Below the pieces are notes generated by a model. That model had not been told where the DNA came from. It saw only the letters and a list, made by a program, of their open reading frames with translations, and made no database searches. DNA of 64,000 nucleotides. Origin: Promethearchaeota archaeon. Lineage in GTDB: Archaea > Asgardarchaeota > Lokiarchaeia > Sigyniarchaeales > SOKP01. The stretch lies in assembly GCA_030599585.1 (NCBI GenBank), contig JAUVNS010000001.1, positions 320,001 to 384,000 on the forward strand, given 5' to 3'. Position 1 is the first letter of the stretch. Each line of letters opens with the position of its first letter. The position numbers were made by a program, and so were the translations under genes. Below are positions 59,872-64,000 of this stretch, piece after piece.

Positions 59872-61179
59872 ATGAAAAGGTTTACGTGTTCAGGTTGTTC
59901 GCTCCTATGCAATGATATCATCGTTCAAAGCGATGGAATATTTATTAGTGAAGTAATAGGGGCTTGTTTAAAGGGAAAAGAAAGGTTTGATCAAGTGAGT
60001 GCTAAAAACAGGATTACTAGCCCATTGATTAGAAAGAATGGCGAATTGATTGAGGTATCTTGGGATGAAGCAATGAATTCAGTTGCAGAAATCTTAAAAA
60101 AATCTAATAAACCTCTTCTTTATGGATTTTCAAATGTAACGTGCGAAGCTCAAGAAGCAGGTATAAAATTAGCAAGAGAAATCAATGGATTCATAGACTC
60201 AAATGCTTCAATTTGTCAAGGGAAGTTCTTAAAGAAAGCAAAAAGCCTAGGGATAAATTTTACGACCATTACCGAAGTTATTAACAAAGGAGATTTGATA
60301 ATTCTATGGGGAGCTAATCCCGCAGAGACAATTCCTAGATTGCTAAATAAACTTCTCTTCTCCCGAGGTAAATTTCGTATGACGGGAAGAGAAATTAAAA
60401 CTCTAGTAATAATCGATCCTGTAAAGACAGCATCTTTCAGAGTTATGGGCGTCCGAGACCTCGCATTGATGATTGAACCAAATAAAGACATTGAACTTAT
60501 ACGAATGCTAAAAGAAGAGTGTTGTTCTGCAGATAGCATACCTTCGGAAGGAGTAGCAGGAATAGATAAAAGCGATCTTAAACGCTTATTACTCCATCTT
60601 ACTGGTGCAGAGAATGGAGTGATTATTGTAGGTCAAGGAGTTATTCAGCCTTATCCTGAATATGATTTAGTAGAAGAACTATTAAATTTATTACAACTGA
60701 TAAACGAAAGACAAGAAAAAGGACGAATCTCTTTAATGTTATTGGGAGGACATTTTAACATGGCGGGCTTCGACCATGTAGCGCTTTCTGCTTATGGAGT
60801 TTCGGGTCATTTAGAATTTGGAGGTAATCAACTGATAAAGACAAAAGATGGCTTCGTCTCAAAAATTGAAAAGAATGACTTCGATTGTTCCATCATTGTT
60901 GGAACAGACCCCATTTCTCATTTACCTTATGATTTAAGCTCAAAAATGGCAAAAAAGGCACTAATCCTTATAGATAACCATAACACAGCTACTTCACAAA
61001 TAGCAGAGGTAGTATTACCAACAACAATAACGGGAATTGAAAGCGGCGGATTAGCTTATCGTTTAGATCAAGTACCCATTGAATTAAATAAAATAATAAA
61101 TCCACCTAATAACCTTCCATCAGACGAGGAATTACTTAATCAATTGATTGGATTATTAAATCAAGGGGGGTCGGAATAA
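59872..61179 (+). CDS. fwdB: Formylmethanofuran dehydrogenase subunit B-like (divergent)
   Basis: CSGCSLLCND..C, PLLYG, DSNASICQG, WGANP, GHFNMAG, G.AYRLD. Confidence 0.8.
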   Translation: MKRFTCSGCSLLCNDIIVQSDGIFISEVIGACLKGKERFDQVSAKNRITSPLIRKNGELIEVSWDEAMNSVAEILKKSNKPLLYGFSNVTCEAQEAGIKLAREINGFIDSNASICQGKFLKKAKSLGINFTTITEVINKGDLIILWGANPAETIPRLLNKLLFSRGKFRMTGREIKTLVIIDPVKTASFRVMGVRDLALMIEPNKDIELIRMLKEECCSADSIPSEGVAGIDKSDLKRLLLHLTGAENGVIIVGQGVIQPYPEYDLVEELLNLLQLINERQEKGRISLMLLGGHFNMAGFDHVALSAYGVSGHLEFGGNQLIKTKDGFVSKIEKNDFDCSIIVGTDPISHLPYDLSSKMAKKALILIDNHNTATSQIAEVVLPTTITGIESGGLAYRLDQVPIELNKIINPPNNLPSDEELLNQLIGLLNQGGSE

Positions 61180-61180
61180 C

Positions 61181-61558
61181 TTGGAATTTATATTAAATTC
61201 GATTAGAAGAATTGATAACGATCAAGTAAAAGAATACACTTTTGGGACTGAGCAATCATTAGAAGAGAAATTAGCTATTTGTTTTATTAATCCTAAAGAT
61301 TTTGAAAAATTAAACTTAGTGTCAAGTCTGCATTTAAAAATATCAAATAAAGAGAAGCATGTTATAGTAAAGGTTGAGAAGGATGATGATGTTCCAGATG
61401 GAACGGTTTTAATGCCCGTTTCTATATGGTCAAATCGGTTATCGGTAGTTCAAAATAATGAAATTCTCTATAAAAACATCGTTGTGGATATGGAAGCTAC
61501 ACGCGAGCCAATAATGAAATTTAAAGAAATTATTCAAGAACTTGTGGTGAAAAAATAA
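61181..61558 (+). CDS. fwdD: Formylmethanofuran dehydrogenase subunit D-like
   Basis: CFINPKD, VP.GTVLMP..WSN, YKN; lies between the B and A genes. Confidence 0.75.
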   Translation: MEFILNSIRRIDNDQVKEYTFGTEQSLEEKLAICFINPKDFEKLNLVSSLHLKISNKEKHVIVKVEKDDDVPDGTVLMPVSIWSNRLSVVQNNEILYKNIVVDMEATREPIMKFKEIIQELVVKK

Positions 61559-61559
61559 G

Positions 61560-63224
61560 ATGACAAACCTTCTTGTAAAAAACGGTTTTGTTTTTGATCC
61601 CTTTAATAACATAGAAGGCGAGAAAAAGGACATTTTAATTGAAGATGGCAAAGTCGTAGATAAATTCGCAAGTAGTAGCGATATTAGGGAAATAGATGCT
61701 AAAGGGAAAACAGTTGTTCCAGCGGCGGTAGAGATTCACGCACATGTAGCCTCCCAGCAACTTAATTGGGCTCGATTACTTGGTTCTAACAACCAAGATT
61801 TTCAGGATCAATGGAACGGCTTGACTTTAAATACTATCGCTAAAGATTATGTTTCTAACGGATATACTTTTATCCTTGAAGCTAACGTTTTCCCATCGCT
61901 AACAAAACAGACAATTTTTGATTTAAAACGATTACCCGTACTAGATAAGGCGTTCTTATTAAACACCAGCAATTTATGGACTCTAGAACTTGAGTTCCAG
62001 AAAGAGATGGTCGAAGAAGGTGCTGCTTTATTATCAGATCTATTAGAGAAAGTTAAAGGTTTTGGTTTGAAAGCCTACAATCCTTTCGAAGCAGAGTATT
62101 GGAATTGGAAAGTGGTTAGAAAAAACCTAACCGATAAAGGAAGACTATTCAATTTCGCTCCTATGGATGTGTATGAAAAACTACCGAGATTTGTTGAGCA
62201 CTTAGGGTTACCTCATTCTATTCACGCTCATATTGAAGGATGCGAATCCCAATATTCTAAAGAAAATTTATTTGCTACTTTAAATAAGGTGAAATTGCTT
62301 GGATTAAAACCCAATCCAAAAAATGATTTTGAAATAAAGCGATCTCAAATATTTCATCTTGCACATGCTTCAAGTTATAACATTGACGGGAATAACTCTG
62401 AGTTGATTAAATTTTACAGCGAAAATCATGACTTTGACATGGATTTGGGATTTGTAGGTTTTAACACAATAAATCCATTAATTACCTCTGATAGGCATCT
62501 TATAAACAAGCTAAATAATTCAACAAACCCATACAAAATAATTAGATATTCTGTAGAAACTGAAGGAGACTCGTTTGCAACTCTCAGAAATTTCAGTAAA
62601 AAGAAGAAAGAAGATTGCGTAATGTGGGCGAACGCTATTGATTTAGCATTAAACATATCTCCATGGCAACTACAGTTTTCAGTAAATTATCCAAACTACG
62701 CCGATATAACAAATCTTCCTGAAATCGCAAGTTGGTTAATAAGTAATGAAGCTCGCAAACATTTTATGAAAGATATTGACGCTAGCTTTTTAAACGATAA
62801 TACTCTTATCAGCAATGATGAAGTATTACCATTTAATGATTTTATTATTTTAACTCGGTCGAGTCCTGCTAAGTCTCTCGGTATTGGGAGCATTAAAGGG
62901 AACTTAAGTTTAGGAGCTGACGGCGACCTCAACATTCTAAACTTGAATTTAAACGAAACTGACATTTCAAGAGACTATGAAAAATTCAAATCTGCCCTTA
63001 GTAATATTGAATACGTAATTAAAGCAGGTCAAATAATAAAAAACCACGAAAAAATCAATCTGGGCGGGTCAGGAAAAATCCTATGGGCTTCCGGTAAGCC
63101 TGAAAAAGAAGACACTACATCAATCTTAGCAAAGAAAGAAGATTTTTACCGAAAATATTATTCTAATTTCTATGATTCTTACTCCACAACTATCAATAAA
63201 AAAATATTGAGAAAAATAGCTTAA
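61560..63224 (+). CDS. fwdA: Formylmethanofuran dehydrogenase subunit A-like amidohydrolase (divergent)
   Basis: KNGFVFDP, EIHAH, KAYNP, LGLPHSIHAH, TRSSPAKSLG, KGNLSLGADGD. Confidence 0.8.
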   Translation: MTNLLVKNGFVFDPFNNIEGEKKDILIEDGKVVDKFASSSDIREIDAKGKTVVPAAVEIHAHVASQQLNWARLLGSNNQDFQDQWNGLTLNTIAKDYVSNGYTFILEANVFPSLTKQTIFDLKRLPVLDKAFLLNTSNLWTLELEFQKEMVEEGAALLSDLLEKVKGFGLKAYNPFEAEYWNWKVVRKNLTDKGRLFNFAPMDVYEKLPRFVEHLGLPHSIHAHIEGCESQYSKENLFATLNKVKLLGLKPNPKNDFEIKRSQIFHLAHASSYNIDGNNSELIKFYSENHDFDMDLGFVGFNTINPLITSDRHLINKLNNSTNPYKIIRYSVETEGDSFATLRNFSKKKKEDCVMWANAIDLALNISPWQLQFSVNYPNYADITNLPEIASWLISNEARKHFMKDIDASFLNDNTLISNDEVLPFNDFIILTRSSPAKSLGIGSIKGNLSLGADGDLNILNLNLNETDISRDYEKFKSALSNIEYVIKAGQIIKNHEKINLGGSGKILWASGKPEKEDTTSILAKKEDFYRKYYSNFYDSYSTTINKKILRKIA

Positions 63225-63235
63225 AACAATCTAAT

Positions 63236-64000
63236 CTAACCATCTTTCTTATTATTAACAAAATCTAAAAACGCCTTGACAACCATATGAAATTTAGGGT
63301 CTGATGTCACTGTTAAGTGATCTTGACCTTGGATTTGAAAGTGACACGCATCTGGTACTATTTGAGCCACTAAGGTCTTATCTCCGAGGAGAACTTCACT
63401 AGAACCTACGACAGTCATTACAGGTACATTAATCTTCTTAAGAGATCCTCTTATTTGGGCGGGTGTCATAGTTTCGGGATAATATTTAAGATCGCCAGCC
63501 TGTACAGCAGCCAAAGCAAGTAAATCATTATCTCTTGATTCTGCGATCATACGGAACGCACGAGCCATAGGTTTTTTAACTTGATCGATACTTTCTGCTC
63601 TGAACGCTTCCACAATCTGTTGAGCAGTTTTATGATCCTTTGCTATTTCTTTCTCATTTAATGTTAAAACAAATCCCCCAAGAATAGCAGATATGATAAT
63701 CTCTGGATTAGTCAGCAATAAGTGATATGTTATATAAGCTCCCATTGAGTAACCAAATAAATTAGCTTTTTCAATAGAGAGGTGTTTCATAAGTTTTTTG
63801 ATGTCATCACTCATTTTTTGCCCATAAGAAGAATCGTCGTGAGGTTTATCACTTCTTCCATGACCTCGGCAATCTAGAAGAATTAACTGATAACTGTCTT
63901 TTAGAGTCTTTACCCAATTTGTTTCCTTCCAACTAATTTCAAGATTTCCAGTAAATCCATGAATCATTACTACTGGGGGGCCTTCTCCTTCAATTTCGTA
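63236..64000 (-). CDS. Alpha/beta hydrolase (5' end off the right edge)
   Basis: YEIEGEGPPVVMIHGF, DCRGHGRS, GYSMG nucleophile elbow, catalytic His in QDH. Confidence 0.88.
   Translation of the reverse strand, partial: YEIEGEGPPVVMIHGFTGNLEISWKETNWVKTLKDSYQLILLDCRGHGRSDKPHDDSSYGQKMSDDIKKLMKHLSIEKANLFGYSMGAYITYHLLLTNPEIIISAILGGFVLTLNEKEIAKDHKTAQQIVEAFRAESIDQVKKPMARAFRMIAESRDNDLLALAAVQAGDLKYYPETMTPAQIRGSLKKINVPVMTVVGSSEVLLGDKTLVAQIVPDACHFQIQGQDHLTVTSDPKFHMVVKAFLDFVNNKKDG

Noticed and set aside
56282-61179. Pyrrolysine in MttB or selenocysteine in FwdB
   Set aside because: Both frames are uninterrupted; FwdB has Cys at the ligand position and I saw no SECIS-like element.
1-64000. tRNA, rRNA, IS elements, integrases, reverse transcriptases
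   Set aside because: No cloverleaf or GC-rich RNA block and no transposase, integrase or RT motifs seen by eye; small RNAs could have been missed.

Overview
AT-rich, gene-dense archaeal DNA, very likely an Asgard archaeon of the Lokiarchaeia type (inferred from Roadblock/LC7, longin-like, Rab-like GTPase, TPR and LRR proteins, AGGTGA ribosome-binding sites and oligo-T terminators). I found about 63 CDS and no rRNA, tRNA, CRISPR array or transposase. From left to right: (1) surface proteins, a divergent RtcB-like ligase opposite an AAA+ ATPase, MetRS, and a vWA plus double-RING protein resembling eukaryotic TFIIH Ssl1/p44. (2) A 7-kb signalling block (Roadblock, dual-wHTH-TPR, membrane protein, TPR-longin, secreted protein, Rab-like GTPase, Roadblock) with a duplicated promoter built on an 11-bp tandem repeat. 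(3) Mixed metabolism, including a glycyl-radical enzyme with a polyferredoxin. (4) A metal/Fe-S cluster region (four NifB/NifX proteins, DUF5320, IscU-like, Mrp, two MinD-ferredoxin ATPases, radical SAM, DtxR-like). Its promoters, plus that of OsmC, share the palindrome WGAATRMTYATTCW at six sites. (5) A transporter-deacetylase-MttB operon, a chelatase-like gene and a degenerate fwdBDA-like operon. Several genes seem to need non-canonical (ATT/TTA) start codons. All family calls come from motif recognition by eye, not database searches.
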